Of a stretch of 64,000 nt of DNA, positions 1-12,502 are shown in pieces (within the stretch, counting starts at the first letter, position 1; every line of letters starts with the position of its first letter). The position numbers and the translations under genes were made by a program. The DNA is from Escherichia coli. GTDB lineage: Bacteria > Pseudomonadota > Gammaproteobacteria > Enterobacterales > Enterobacteriaceae. The DNA lies in the NCBI RefSeq assembly GCF_024298765.1, contig NZ_CP101210.1; one strand, 5' to 3'. A model generated the notes under the pieces. The model worked only from the letters and a program-made list of their open reading frames with translations, was not told where the DNA came from and did no database searches.

Positions 1-208
1 GGATAATTTTAAAATAACCCCACTCTTCAGCATGGACGCCGAACAACTGCAGGAGCTGACCGCCCCAACGGGTAAATTCACCTGTGACAGCCCAAAAGGT
101 GCCAGTGATGCCAAAATAGTAAGTGGAGAGAATACCCGCCGCGATGACCGCGGGGATGGGCGCCCAGAATTTAATCAACCAGGCGTGTTTGAATTGCTGC
201 CATGACAT
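1..208 (-). CDS. yedE: YedE-like inner membrane transporter, N-terminal part (gene continues beyond window start)
   Basis: Reverse-strand translation from ATG at 206-208 reads MSWQQFKHAWLIKFWAPIPAVIAAGILSTYYFGITG..., a hydrophobic N-terminus matching the K-12 gene divergent from yedD. Confidence 0.55.
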   Translation of the reverse strand, partial: MSWQQFKHAWLIKFWAPIPAVIAAGILSTYYFGITGTFWAVTGEFTRWGGQLLQLFGVHAEEWGYFKII

Positions 209-391
209 GAATGTAGCCTCTGAACTCAGAAGGTTTGAAACAAGAGTCGCGAATCATACACCATGCAAATTTATTTTCGGGGTAATAATTCACAAAAATA
301 ATGGTTAGATCAAATTTCTCTCTGAACCTGGAAAGGCTGGCGACATCAGGGCTTTAATGCCACAATCCTCTTTTCTTCTCATGCAGGACGA

Positions 392-808
392 ATGATGAAA
401 AAACTCGCAATTGCAGGTGCGCTCATGTTGCTGGCGGGCTGTGCCGAAGTCGAAAACTATAACAATGTCGTGAAAACCCCCGCGCCGGACTGGCTGGCGG
501 GCTACTGGCAGACCAAAGGGCCGCAACGTGCGCTGGTCAGTCCGGAAGCGATAGGCAGCCTGATTGTCACTAAAGAGGGCGATACCCTCGATTGCCGTCA
601 GTGGCAGCGGGTGATTGCCGTGCCGGGTAAATTGACATTGATGTCTGATGATCTCACTAACGTTACCGTAAAACGTGAGCTGTACGAGGTTGAGCGTGAC
701 GGTAACACCATTGAGTACGATGGTATGACGATGGAGCGTGTGGATCGCCCGACGGCAGAGTGTGCCGCCGCGCTGGATAAAGCGCCGTTACCGACGCCAC
801 TGCCGTAA
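392..808 (+). CDS. yedD: Lipoprotein YedD
   Basis: 138-aa ORF with lipobox MMKKLAIAGALMLLAGC; position between yedE and amyA as in K-12. Confidence 0.8.
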   Translation: MMKKLAIAGALMLLAGCAEVENYNNVVKTPAPDWLAGYWQTKGPQRALVSPEAIGSLIVTKEGDTLDCRQWQRVIAVPGKLTLMSDDLTNVTVKRELYEVERDGNTIEYDGMTMERVDRPTAECAAALDKAPLPTPLP

Positions 809-841
809 TGAAATCTCCCCGGCTTGCCGCCGGGGATGAAT

Positions 842-2329
842 TTAAATCACCTCTTCGATAACCCACACGCTGACGCTGCCGCCGTTGCAAAAGAAGGTCG
901 CTTCGCCGTTTTCTTCGGTCACTACGCTCTCTTGCCGGTTCCCCAGAAAATCACGCCAGGTTTTATTGCCGTAATTCTCTCCCAGATGAATGGTTTTTTC
1001 GCCATCATCCCCGTTCGACATGACCACCACGCAGCCGGGATATTCGTCGGTGCCACTGCGGCTAAAGGCAATGCAGTTCGGATGGTCGAAAAATAACGTC
1101 TGTACACCGTGGGCGAAACGCTGACGGGCGAGAATTAACTCATCAAGCTGTTCGATTATTGGCATATCTATCGGATAGGTTTGCCCGTCACCACCGACAT
1201 CTTCGTAATGTGCACCGTAGAGGTCCGGATAGAACACCGAAGGAACGCCATTTTCCCGCAACAAAATTAAGGCATACGCCAGCGGTTTAAACCACGGTTC
1301 GACCGGTGCTTCGAGGGCTTGCAACGGTTGGGTGTCGTGGTTGGCAACGAGGGTTACGGCGTGAAAAGGATCGGCTTCCACCAGCGTCCCAGTGAAGATC
1401 TGCGTCATGTCGTAGTCGCGACCCATGCGCGATGCTTCATGGAATTTCATCTGCAGCGGCGCATCAAACAGCATGGTTTTGCCTTCCACCTGATCAATAT
1501 ACGTTTGCAGTTTATCGACTTCATGCGACCAGTATTCAGCCACAATAAACAGCGGCTTTGGCGCAACTTCCTGTACGTGTTCGATCCACTCTTTATAAAA
1601 CCATGCCGGAATATGTTTGACCGCATCAAGACGAAAGCCGTCGCATTGCGTTTGTTCCATCACCCAGCGCGCCCAGTATTTAATCTCTTCCGTCACGGCA
1701 TGATTGCGAAAATCGATATTCTCACCCATCAGATAATCGAAATTACCGAGTTCATCATCAACCTGATCGTTCCAGCCTTCTCCGGTATAGTCGTTAACAA
1801 TTTTAAAAATGCCATCTTCATCAGGGTTTTCGATATGGTCGATACCGCTAAAACATTTGAAATCCCAGATAAACTGCGAGTATTGCCCGGCACGCGCGGG
1901 GAAGGTGTAACGCGTCCAGCCTTCGCACTCAATGATTTCTTCGTCAATTTGCGTACGGTCATCAGCATTTACACGTTGCACGCGAATAGCTTCTTTTTCA
2001 TCCGCGCCCATTTTGTGGTTGACTACCACGTCCAGCAGCACCGCAATGTCATTACGTTTCAGGGCGTCAATGGCGGCCAGCAGTTGTGCTTTATCGCCAT
2101 ATTTAGTAGGGATGCTGCCTTTCTGATCAAACTCGCCTAAATCAAATAAATCATAGGAGTCGTAGCCGACCGAGTACCCGCCCGATGCGCCTTTATAGGC
2201 GGGCGGCAACCAGACCATATTGATACCAATATCATTAAAACCGTCGGCGCGCTCGGCCAGTTCAGGCCAGAGCTTACCGCCTTCCGGGTAATACCAGTGA
2301 AAACATTGTAACAGCGTGGGATTACGCAT
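842..2329 (-). CDS. amyA: Cytoplasmic alpha-amylase
   Basis: 495-aa ORF with glycoside hydrolase family 13 motifs ([15 protein letters not shown]); next to fliT as in K-12. Confidence 0.9.
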   Translation of the reverse strand: MRNPTLLQCFHWYYPEGGKLWPELAERADGFNDIGINMVWLPPAYKGASGGYSVGYDSYDLFDLGEFDQKGSIPTKYGDKAQLLAAIDALKRNDIAVLLDVVVNHKMGADEKEAIRVQRVNADDRTQIDEEIIECEGWTRYTFPARAGQYSQFIWDFKCFSGIDHIENPDEDGIFKIVNDYTGEGWNDQVDDELGNFDYLMGENIDFRNHAVTEEIKYWARWVMEQTQCDGFRLDAVKHIPAWFYKEWIEHVQEVAPKPLFIVAEYWSHEVDKLQTYIDQVEGKTMLFDAPLQMKFHEASRMGRDYDMTQIFTGTLVEADPFHAVTLVANHDTQPLQALEAPVEPWFKPLAYALILLRENGVPSVFYPDLYGAHYEDVGGDGQTYPIDMPIIEQLDELILARQRFAHGVQTLFFDHPNCIAFSRSGTDEYPGCVVVMSNGDDGEKTIHLGENYGNKTWRDFLGNRQESVVTEENGEATFFCNGGSVSVWVIEEVI

Positions 2330-2406
2330 TCTTCGACTCCATTCAAGGGGAACATTAGAAGCGTAGCCGTAATCAGATTATTCGCGAGCCATTGGCTCTT
2401 TAAGAT

Positions 2407-2772
2407 TCAAAAGAGGTTATCCTGCGGAGCCAGCACAAAGCCACCCTGATCGCCATAGGCACTTAACACCGATTTTTGCACCGATGACTGACCGACCAGT
2501 TTCGCCAGTTCATCCATCCGAATCTGTAATAACTGCTTTACCTTGCTTTCGTTGTCGAGAATCAGGCGCAGCATCGGGCGGAGCTGCTCCTGCATCGTGG
2601 TGGACGGGGCAACCTCTTCAGTCAGGTGTGCGATCTCCTGCACCGCATTCACATACGCCATTTCGCTGGCGATGAGTTCGTCCCATTGTTCTTCTGTCGC
2701 CAGGCGTAACATGAGCTGACTTTTTTCGACGAGTTGTTGCCAGGCGAAATACAAATGCGGTGCATTGTTCAT
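2407..2772 (-). CDS. fliT: Flagellar export chaperone and anti-FlhDC factor FliT
   Basis: 121-aa ORF directly downstream of fliS in the fliDST operon. Confidence 0.85.
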
Positions 2773-3182
2773 CAGTCTGGGTCCTGAATCAAAGAAGGGG
2801 AGAGTAAAGACTCTTTCCAGGCATCGGCAATATTGCGCATTAATGCTTCCACTTCTTCGACTGCGGAGACATCGTTGCGTAAATTGGCTTGCAGCAAGCG
2901 CCTGACCATATAGCTATAAAGAGCAATCAAGTTTTGGGTTAGTTCGTCTTTGCTCTCTTCATCAAGACTCACCCGCAGCCCGTTCTCAATGATGTTGATC
3001 GCTTTTGACAAAGAGACGCCTTTGCCTTGCTGATTGTTGTCCTGCATAAACAGGCGCGCTCTAACCAGTGCGCTCAGCACTCCATCAAATAGCATGGTGA
3101 CCAGCTGTTGCTGGCTGGCGCTCATTACGGCGCTTTCGACGCCAATTTGTGCATAGGCCTGGGTGCCTTTTGCCGCGTACAT
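2772..3182 (-). CDS. fliS: Flagellin-specific chaperone FliS
   Basis: 136-aa ORF, fliDST operon context. Confidence 0.9.
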
Positions 3183-3197
3183 AGTCTCTCCTGAAGA

Positions 3198-4613
3198 TTA
3201 TTTCGAGTTGCTATTTGAGGTGTCGAACTGCTGTGTCAGATAGCTACTAGTGGAGTTCAGCGAGTTCATTAACACATCTAATTGGGTGAACTGGGCTTTA
3301 TAGCGCGTCATTAAGGTATCGATACGTTCACTGGCTGCGTTGTACTGGTCGGTCAAATTATTCAGCGTTTTGCTGACGCCATCTTTTGCTGCCTGGATTA
3401 TCCCGGTGGAAGAGAGCCAACTGGTCAGGTTGTTACTAATGCCGGTGGTTACCCCAGTACTTTTGCCGTCACCTATAAACATTTCACCGATACCAGCGGC
3501 ATCATTTTTTAGCGCCGTTTGCAGTTTGTCGGTCGCGATTTCCAGCTTGCCGGTACTGGCATCGCTGGTAATGCCAATCTGTGCCAGCGTTTTATAGTTT
3601 GAACTGCTGTGAGTATTGGCGAGCAAGGTTTTAAGCTGAGTCTGGATGGTACGCAGTGTGGAGTCACCGAGTAATGCGCCATTACTGGAGTCCTGACTTT
3701 CAGCTCCGGCATCGACAGCGGTGTATTTGGTTAAGCTGCTGAATGTATCCTGCAATGTGTTATAGGCATCCACCCACGCTTTAACCGCATTTTCAGCTTT
3801 GGATGTGTCTTTACTGATGGTCAGTGTCTGATTACCGGTGGTGACGTCATTCAGGTTGAGGGTGATATCTTCCAGTGAGTCGCTGATAGTGTTACTGCTG
3901 TTTTCAATCTCAACGTTATTGACTGTCAGTTTGGCGTTTTGCGCGGTGACGCTTTCAATCATGCCATTGCTGCTATCACCCGGCGTTCCGTTGTAACCCA
4001 TAAAACTTTCCAGGGCGCTGTCGCCGCTGACGCTAAGTTTCATAGCGTTATTGCTGCCCGTATCGTTAGCGGTGATGGACAGACGATATTCGCCGTTTCC
4101 CACATTGATGATACTGGCGCTGACACCAGCTTTGGCGTTGTTAATGGCATCGCGAATGCCGGAAAGTGACGAGTTACCCGCGCTGATATCAATCGTGACC
4201 GGATCTTTACCGCCGCCTTGTTGGATGGTCAGTACGCTATCGCTGGTGGCGATGGCGGCTTTACTGTCTTTTTGACTATTTTTTGTTGTCAGCGTCTGTG
4301 CCTGCGCCAGTTGGCTAACGCTAATGGTGTATTTCCCAGCAATCGCGCTGCCCGTGGTGGTGGCGCTGAAAGCCGATGAACTGCTGGTGGTTGAGGTGGC
4401 GGTAAATAAATCGGCTTTATTCAGTGCTGTGTTGGCTGTCTGGAAACTCTCTAGTGCACTTTTCAGCGTCCCGTAGGCGCTCAGTTTCGCGGTGTAAGAG
4501 CTTTGCTGTTTTGATATCGGCGTCAGGGTAGATTTTTCTGCCGCCTCCAGACTGTCAAGGATGCTGCTTAAGTCCAGCCCCGACCCAACCCCAAGCGTTG
4601 AAATACTAGCCAT
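3198..4613 (-). CDS. fliD: Flagellar filament capping protein FliD
   Basis: 471-aa ORF, Ser/Thr-rich, conserved N- and C-termini, divergent from fliC. Confidence 0.9.
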   Translation of the reverse strand: MASISTLGVGSGLDLSSILDSLEAAEKSTLTPISKQQSSYTAKLSAYGTLKSALESFQTANTALNKADLFTATSTTSSSSAFSATTTGSAIAGKYTISVSQLAQAQTLTTKNSQKDSKAAIATSDSVLTIQQGGGKDPVTIDISAGNSSLSGIRDAINNAKAGVSASIINVGNGEYRLSITANDTGSNNAMKLSVSGDSALESFMGYNGTPGDSSNGMIESVTAQNAKLTVNNVEIENSSNTISDSLEDITLNLNDVTTGNQTLTISKDTSKAENAVKAWVDAYNTLQDTFSSLTKYTAVDAGAESQDSSNGALLGDSTLRTIQTQLKTLLANTHSSSNYKTLAQIGITSDASTGKLEIATDKLQTALKNDAAGIGEMFIGDGKSTGVTTGISNNLTSWLSSTGIIQAAKDGVSKTLNNLTDQYNAASERIDTLMTRYKAQFTQLDVLMNSLNSTSSYLTQQFDTSNSNSK

Positions 4614-4657
4614 ATAGTTTCCTTAATCATGCGACGTGTATAGAACGAATACCGGGG

Positions 4658-4684
4658 TTATCGGCGTAAGCGGGGTAAAGTTTA
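4658..4684 (-). promoter_or_regulatory. Sigma-28 (FliA) class III promoter for fliDST
   Basis: On the minus strand TAAA-N15-GCCGATAA, matching the sigma-28 consensus, upstream of fliD. Confidence 0.5.
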
Positions 4685-4757
4685 CGATTTATTTTTTGCC
4701 TTAATGGCACGAACAGCAACGAGGAAGGGGAGTATTTCGACCGCTAGAAAAAAATTC

Positions 4758-4784
4758 TAAAGGTTGTGAGTGACCAGACGATAA
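4758..4784 (+). promoter_or_regulatory. Sigma-28 (FliA) class III promoter for fliC
   Basis: TAAA (4758-4761), 15-nt spacer, GACGATAA (4777-4784), about 75 bp upstream of the fliC ATG. Confidence 0.5.
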
Positions 4785-4860
4785 CAGGGTTGACGGCGAC
4801 GAAGCCGAAGGGTGGAAGCCCAATACTTAAACCGTAGACTTGAAAACAGGAAAATGAATT

Positions 4861-5910
4861 ATGGCACAAGTCATTAATACCAACAGCCTCTCGCTGATCA
4901 CTCAGAACAACATCAACAAAAACCAGTCTGCGCTGTCGACTTCTATCGAGCGCCTCTCTTCTGGTCTGCGTATTAACAGCGCTAAAGATGACGCCGCGGG
5001 CCAGGCGATTGCTAACCGCTTTACTTCTAACATCAAAGGTCTGACTCAGGCCGCACGTAACGCCAACGACGGTATTTCTCTGGCGCAGACGGCTGAAGGC
5101 GCGCTGTCAGAGATTAACAACAACTTGCAGCGTATTCGTGAACTGACCGTTCAGGCCTCTACCGGCACGAACTCTGATTCCGACCTGTCTTCTATTCAGG
5201 ACGAAATCAAATCCCGTCTTGATGAAATTGACCGTGTATCTGGTCAGACCCAGTTCAACGGTGTGAACGTGCTGTCGAAAAACGATTCGATGAAGATTCA
5301 GATTGGTGCCAATGATAACCAGACGATCAGCATTGGCTTGCAACAAATCGACAGTACCACTTTGAATCTGAAAGGATTTACCGTGTCCGGCATGGCGGAT
5401 TTCAGCGCGGCGAAACTGACGGCTGCTGATGGTACAGCAATTGCTGCTGCGGATGTCAAGGATGCTGGGGGTAAACAAGTCAATTTACTGTCTTACACTG
5501 ACACCGCGTCTAACAGTACTAAATATGCGGTCGTTGATTCTGCAACCGGTAAATACATGGAAGCCACTGTAGTCATTACCGGTACGGCGGCGGCGGTAAC
5601 TGTTGGTGCAGCGGAAGTGGCGGGAGCCGCTACAGCCGATCCGTTAAAAGCACTGGATGCCGCAATCGCTAAAGTCGACAAATTCCGCTCCTCCCTCGGT
5701 GCCGTTCAAAACCGTCTGGATTCTGCGGTCACCAACCTGAACAACACCACCACCAACCTGTCTGAAGCGCAGTCCCGTATTCAGGACGCCGACTATGCGA
5801 CCGAAGTGTCCAACATGTCGAAAGCGCAGATTATCCAGCAGGCGGGCAACTCCGTGCTGTCTAAAGCCAACCAGGTACCGCAGCAAGTTCTGTCTCTGTT
5901 ACAAGGCTAA
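4861..5910 (+). CDS. fliC: Flagellin (short central variable domain, 349 aa)
   Basis: Conserved flagellin N-terminus (MAQVINTNSLSLITQNNINKNQSALSTSIERLSSGLRINSAKDDAAGQAIANRFT) and C-terminus (NRLDSAVTNL...QVPQQVLSLLQG). Confidence 0.9.
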   Translation: MAQVINTNSLSLITQNNINKNQSALSTSIERLSSGLRINSAKDDAAGQAIANRFTSNIKGLTQAARNANDGISLAQTAEGALSEINNNLQRIRELTVQASTGTNSDSDLSSIQDEIKSRLDEIDRVSGQTQFNGVNVLSKNDSMKIQIGANDNQTISIGLQQIDSTTLNLKGFTVSGMADFSAAKLTAADGTAIAAADVKDAGGKQVNLLSYTDTASNSTKYAVVDSATGKYMEATVVITGTAAAVTVGAAEVAGAATADPLKALDAAIAKVDKFRSSLGAVQNRLDSAVTNLNNTTTNLSEAQSRIQDADYATEVSNMSKAQIIQQAGNSVLSKANQVPQQVLSLLQG

Positions 5911-5928
5911 TGGCCTTAACCTGCCTGA

Positions 5929-5951
5929 CCCCGCTACCGGCGGGGTTTTTT
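5929..5951 (+). terminator. Rho-independent terminator after fliC
   Basis: GC stem CCCCGC / GCGGGG followed by a T-run (ccccgctaccggcggggtttttt). Confidence 0.6.
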
Positions 5952-6073
5952 CTGCCCGCAATTTACCGGTAACCCCCAAATAACCCCTCATTTCACCCAC
6001 TAATCGTCCGATTAAAAACCCTGCAGAAACGGATAATCATGCCGATAACTCATATAACGCAGGGCTGTTTATC

Positions 6074-6793
6074 GTGAATTCACTCTATACCGCTGAAGGT
6101 GTAATGGATAAACACTCGCTGTGGCAGCGTTATGTCCCGCTGGTGCGTCACGAAGCATTGCGCCTGCAGGTTCGACTGCCCGCGAGCGTGGAACTTGACG
6201 ATCTGCTACAGGCGGGCGGCATTGGGTTACTTAATGCCGTCGAACGCTATGACGCCCTACAAGGAACGGCATTTACAACTTACGCAGTGCAGCGTATCCG
6301 TGGCGCTATGCTGGATGAACTTCGCAGCCGTGACTGGGTGCCGCGCAGCGTGCGACGCAACGCGCGTGAAGTGGCACAGGCAATAGGGCAACTGGAGCAG
6401 GAACTTGGCCGCAACGCCACGGAAACTGAGGTAGCGGAACGTTTAGGGATCGATATTGCCGATTATCGCCAAATGTTGCTCGACACCAATAACAGCCAGC
6501 TCTTCTCCTACGATGAGTGGCGCGAAGAGCACGGCGATAGCATCGAACTGGTTACTGATGATCATCAGCGAGAAAACCCGCTACAACAACTGCTGGACAG
6601 TAATCTGCGTCAGCGGGTGATGGAAGCCATCGAAACGTTGCCGGAGCGCGAAAAACTGGTATTAACCCTCTATTACCAGGAAGAGCTGAATCTCAAAGAG
6701 ATTGGCGCGGTGCTGGAGGTCGGGGAATCGCGGGTCAGTCAGTTACACAGCCAGGCTATTAAACGGTTACGCACTAAACTGGGTAAGTTATAA
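6074..6793 (+). CDS. fliA: Flagellar sigma factor sigma-28
   Basis: 239-aa sigma-70-family protein with GTG start, region 2 and region 4 HTH, fliAZ operon context. Confidence 0.9.
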   Translation: MNSLYTAEGVMDKHSLWQRYVPLVRHEALRLQVRLPASVELDDLLQAGGIGLLNAVERYDALQGTAFTTYAVQRIRGAMLDELRSRDWVPRSVRRNAREVAQAIGQLEQELGRNATETEVAERLGIDIADYRQMLLDTNNSQLFSYDEWREEHGDSIELVTDDHQRENPLQQLLDSNLRQRVMEAIETLPEREKLVLTLYYQEELNLKEIGAVLEVGESRVSQLHSQAIKRLRTKLGKL

Positions 6794-6838
6794 CGTCAGT
6801 AAATGCCGCACTTTAACTTTGACTACCAGGAGTTCTTA

Positions 6839-7390
6839 ATGATGGTGCAGCACCTGAAAAGACGGCCATTAAGCCGCTATCTTAAAGACTTTAAACACAG
6901 CCAGACTCATTGCGCGCATTGCCGTAAATTACTCGATCGCATTACCCTCGTTCGCGACGGCAAAATAGTGAATAAAATCGAGATTTCCCGCCTGGACGCG
7001 CTGCTTGATGAAAATGGCTGGCAAACGGAACAAAAATCATGGGCGGCATTGTGCCGATTTTGCGGTGATTTACATTGCAAAACGCAGAGTGATTTTTTCG
7101 ATATTATCGGCTTTAAGCAATTTCTTTTTGAGCAAACTGAAATGAGCCCAGGTACGGTGCGTGAATATGTCGTTCGTTTGCGCCGTTTGGGGAATCATCT
7201 ACACGAGCAAAATATTTCCCTCGATCCGCTGCAGGACGGTTTCCTTGATGAAATCCTCGCCCCGTGGCTGCCCACCACCAGCACCAACAATTACCGCATC
7301 GCATTACGGAAGTATCAACACTATCAGCGTCAAACGTGTACCGGACTTGTGCAGAAATCCTCCAGCCTGCCTGCTTCTGATATATATTAA
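6839..7390 (+). CDS. fliZ: Regulator FliZ
   Basis: ORF 6803-7390; the internal Met (MMVQHLKRRP...) gives the 183-aa K-12 length; downstream of fliA. Confidence 0.75.
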   Translation: MMVQHLKRRPLSRYLKDFKHSQTHCAHCRKLLDRITLVRDGKIVNKIEISRLDALLDENGWQTEQKSWAALCRFCGDLHCKTQSDFFDIIGFKQFLFEQTEMSPGTVREYVVRLRRLGNHLHEQNISLDPLQDGFLDEILAPWLPTTSTNNYRIALRKYQHYQRQTCTGLVQKSSSLPASDIY

Positions 7391-7477
7391 ATAAGAATAA
7401 GATGTAGCGGAGTTGTTTTTGTGTTTACAAACAATGGCTCTACACTGCAAACAGACATAACAACATTCGGGGTAAAT

Positions 7478-9369
<1,892 letters not shown>

Positions 9370-9383
9370 CTCCGGGAACGCTC

Positions 9384-10052
9384 ATGCAAGAAAGTATACA
9401 ACTGGTTATTGATTCCTTGCCGTTCCTGCTGAAAGGGGCTGGGTATACGCTGCAACTCAGTATCGGCGGCATGTTTTTTGGCTTACTGCTCGGGTTTATT
9501 CTCGCGCTGATGCGCCTGTCGCCAATCTGGCCCGTGCGCTGGCTGGCGCGTTTTTATATCTCTATTTTTCGTGGTACACCGCTCATCGCACAACTGTTTA
9601 TGATCTATTACGGCCTGCCGCAGTTTGGTATCGAATTAGATCCCATTCCGTCAGCAATGATTGGTCTGTCGCTCAACACTGCCGCCTATGCTGCCGAAAC
9701 GCTGCGCGCCGCCATTTCTTCTATTGATAAAGGTCAGTGGGAAGCAGCTGCCAGTATTGGTATGACGCCATGGCAGACTATGCGTCGCGCGATTTTGCCA
9801 CAGGCGGCGCGGGTGGCGTTGCCGCCGCTGTCGAACAGCTTTATCAGCCTGGTAAAAGATACGTCGCTGGCCGCGACAATTCAGGTGCCGGAGCTGTTCC
9901 GTCAGGCGCAGTTGATTACCTCGCGCACGCTGGAGGTGTTCACCATGTACCTGGCGGCTTCGCTCATCTACTGGATCATGGCGACAGTATTATCGACGTT
10001 GCAGAACCATTTTGAGAATCAACTTAATCGCCAGGAGAGAGAACCAAAATGA
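9384..10052 (+). CDS. tcyL: Cystine ABC transporter permease
   Basis: 222-aa polar amino-acid ABC permease with multiple TM segments; operon with tcyN. Confidence 0.85.
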   Translation: MQESIQLVIDSLPFLLKGAGYTLQLSIGGMFFGLLLGFILALMRLSPIWPVRWLARFYISIFRGTPLIAQLFMIYYGLPQFGIELDPIPSAMIGLSLNTAAYAAETLRAAISSIDKGQWEAAASIGMTPWQTMRRAILPQAARVALPPLSNSFISLVKDTSLAATIQVPELFRQAQLITSRTLEVFTMYLAASLIYWIMATVLSTLQNHFENQLNRQEREPK

Positions 10053-10801
10053 GTGCCATTGAAGTTAAGAACCTGGTGAAAAAATTTCACGGTCAGACGG
10101 TGCTGCACGGTATCGACCTTGAGGTAAAGCCTGGCGAAGTGGTGGCAATTATCGGTCCGAGTGGTTCCGGCAAAACCACGTTGCTACGCAGCATAAATCT
10201 GCTGGAACAACCGGAAGCGGGAACTATCACCGTTGGCGATATCACTATTGATACTGCACGTTCATTAAGTCAGCAAAAATCGCTGATTCGCCAGTTGCGT
10301 CAGCACGTCGGGTTTGTCTTCCAGAACTTTAATTTGTTTCCGCATCGTACGGTGCTGGAAAACATTATTGAAGGGCCGGTGATCGTCAAAGGCGAACCGA
10401 AAGAAGAGGCCACGGCGCGCGCTCGCGAGCTGTTGGCGAAAGTTGGGCTGGCCGGTAAAGAAACCAGCTATCCACGTCGTTTGTCTGGCGGTCAACAGCA
10501 ACGTGTTGCGATTGCACGTGCGCTGGCAATGCGTCCTGAGGTGATTTTGTTTGACGAGCCAACGTCGGCGCTGGATCCAGAGCTGGTGGGCGAAGTCCTG
10601 AACACCATCCGTCAGCTGGCGCAGGAAAAGCGCACGATGGTGATTGTGACGCACGAAATGAGCTTTGCCCGGGATGTTGCGGACCGGGCGATTTTTATGG
10701 ACCAGGGGCGGATAGTCGAGCAGGGGGCAGCAAAAGCGTTATTTGCCGATCCCCAGCAGCCTCGCACCCGCCAGTTCCTCGAGAAGTTTCTGCTGCAATA
10801 A
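10049..10801 (+). CDS. tcyN: Cystine ABC transporter ATP-binding protein
   Basis: Walker A GPSGSGKTT, ABC signature LSGGQQQRVAIARAL, Walker B ILFDEPTSALD. Confidence 0.9.
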   Translation: MSAIEVKNLVKKFHGQTVLHGIDLEVKPGEVVAIIGPSGSGKTTLLRSINLLEQPEAGTITVGDITIDTARSLSQQKSLIRQLRQHVGFVFQNFNLFPHRTVLENIIEGPVIVKGEPKEEATARARELLAKVGLAGKETSYPRRLSGGQQQRVAIARALAMRPEVILFDEPTSALDPELVGEVLNTIRQLAQEKRTMVIVTHEMSFARDVADRAIFMDQGRIVEQGAAKALFADPQQPRTRQFLEKFLLQ

Positions 10802-11030
10802 TAAGAAAAAATCAGCCCCGACGATTCACCTGTCGGGGCGGGACGCCATTTCAAGCGTGATAAAACAGCTTAACAAATCAGCATAACTCATTAATAACAT
10901 AAGAGAATGCGATGGCTTGCAAAAGTAATTCATTGCCTGAATAATATAAATTATATATAAATCTTATTTATGTGATAGTTTGAATTATCATTATAAATGA
11001 TACTCACTCTCAGGGGCGTTGCGGTTTACT

Positions 11031-11753
11031 ATGCAGGATACGGATTTTTTCAGCTGGCGTCGCACGATGCTGTTGCGTTTTCAGAGGATGGAGGCCGCAG
11101 AAGAGGTCTACCATGAAATAGAGCTTCAGGCTCAGCAGCTAGAGTACGATTACTATTCGTTATGTGTTCGCCACCCGGTACCATTCACGCGACCTAAAGT
11201 GGCTTTCTACACCAATTACCCTGAGGCGTGGGTTAGTTATTATCAGGCAAAAAACTTTCTCGCAATTGATCCGGTGCTGAACCCTGAAAACTTTAGTCAG
11301 GGCCATTTAATGTGGAATGATGACTTATTCAGCGAAGCACAGCCGTTATGGGAAGCCGCGCGCGCACATGGTTTACGCCGCGGTGTCACTCAGTATTTAA
11401 TGCTGCCAAACCGGGCGCTGGGCTTTTTGTCCTTTTCCCGTAGCAGCGCGCGCGAAATACCCATTCTTAGTGATGAACTGCAATTAAAAATGCAGTTACT
11501 GGTGCGCGAAAGTCTGATGGCTCTGATGCGTTTAAATGATGAAATAGTGATGACGCCAGAGATGAATTTCAGCAAGCGCGAAAAAGAAATTTTGAAATGG
11601 ACGGCGGAAGGGAAGACATCAGCAGAGATAGCGATGATTTTGTCAATCTCTGAGAATACGGTCAATTTCCATCAGAAAAACATGCAGAAAAAAATCAATG
11701 CACCGAATAAGACCCAGGTTGCCTGTTACGCGGCCGCTACTGGCTTAATTTGA
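11031..11753 (+). CDS. sdiA: LuxR-family quorum-sensing regulator SdiA
   Basis: Autoinducer-binding domain plus C-terminal LuxR HTH; MQDTDFFSWRRTML start gives 240 aa. Confidence 0.9.
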   Translation: MQDTDFFSWRRTMLLRFQRMEAAEEVYHEIELQAQQLEYDYYSLCVRHPVPFTRPKVAFYTNYPEAWVSYYQAKNFLAIDPVLNPENFSQGHLMWNDDLFSEAQPLWEAARAHGLRRGVTQYLMLPNRALGFLSFSRSSAREIPILSDELQLKMQLLVRESLMALMRLNDEIVMTPEMNFSKREKEILKWTAEGKTSAEIAMILSISENTVNFHQKNMQKKINAPNKTQVACYAAATGLI

Positions 11754-11819
11754 TCTCTTTTCTTTCTGCGTGCCAGATGCAAAAACCGGCTGAAAGGCAC
11801 GCTATCAGCCGGTTTTATA

Positions 11820-12044
11820 TTACTGACGGTAGGCTTGTTTAATTTGCTTAACCGTTTTGGAAAATACTGCAGCCTGGGTTTCGTCTTCGATCAGCGCAAG
11901 CTGTTTTTCCATCTTTAACATCACGCGGCCCGCGTCAGCTTGTCCCATCGCCTGCAGCATCAGCGTCAGCATCGCTTTCAGGCAGGAGACTTCATTTGCC
12001 AGTTCTTGATTATTCTCGGCAGTAGAAAAATCAGGCGTACTCAT
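11820..12044 (-). CDS. yecF: Small protein YecF
   Basis: 74-aa ORF in the conserved position between sdiA and uvrY. Confidence 0.65.
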
Positions 12045-12502
12045 TTATTTTCCTCGTCATGTTGCAATGAAAATTTGCGGTGAAAAATGTTAAGGCGGCG
12101 GAGTATACCATAAGCTTTGCTAAAAATAGCAGTGGTTGTTTTTTGAGCGTATCGTCAACGGTGCTATTAAATGCGTTAATATAATGACCAATAAATATTT
12201 TTATCATGAATGTTTTTTGCCCGTATTGTTCGGGTTAATTAATGTTACATATTCAGCGGGCTGATTTTCATTTTTGCTGAATAAAGGTAATTTTTGTCAC
12301 ATTTCGTCGCAGGGCTTACTGTGAAACGATCCGGTAAGCCGTTGGTGACGGGCGTGACCATAACTGTGGACAATCGAATTGACAAAAACGAGAGAAAAAT
12401 CGAATACCCACCATTTTTAACGTTTCAAAGTTGCAATAAAAACCGCTAATATACGAATGACTAACTATCAGTAGCGTTATCCCTATTTCTGGAGATATTC
12501 CT

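Noticed and set aside
1319-2140. 273-aa ORF on the plus strand inside amyA, plus other antisense or embedded ORFs such as 123-308, 305-526, 7727-8236, 8713-9063, 10265-10654, 13585-13956 and 24242-25234
   Set aside because: All lie wholly inside well-supported genes on the opposite strand or in another frame, with no independent support; treated as spurious.
10810-10850. Hairpin gccccgacgattcacctgtcggggc after tcyN as a terminator
   Set aside because: The T-run is on the opposite strand only (tgattttttc), so it would terminate a minus-strand transcript with no obvious gene; left uncalled.
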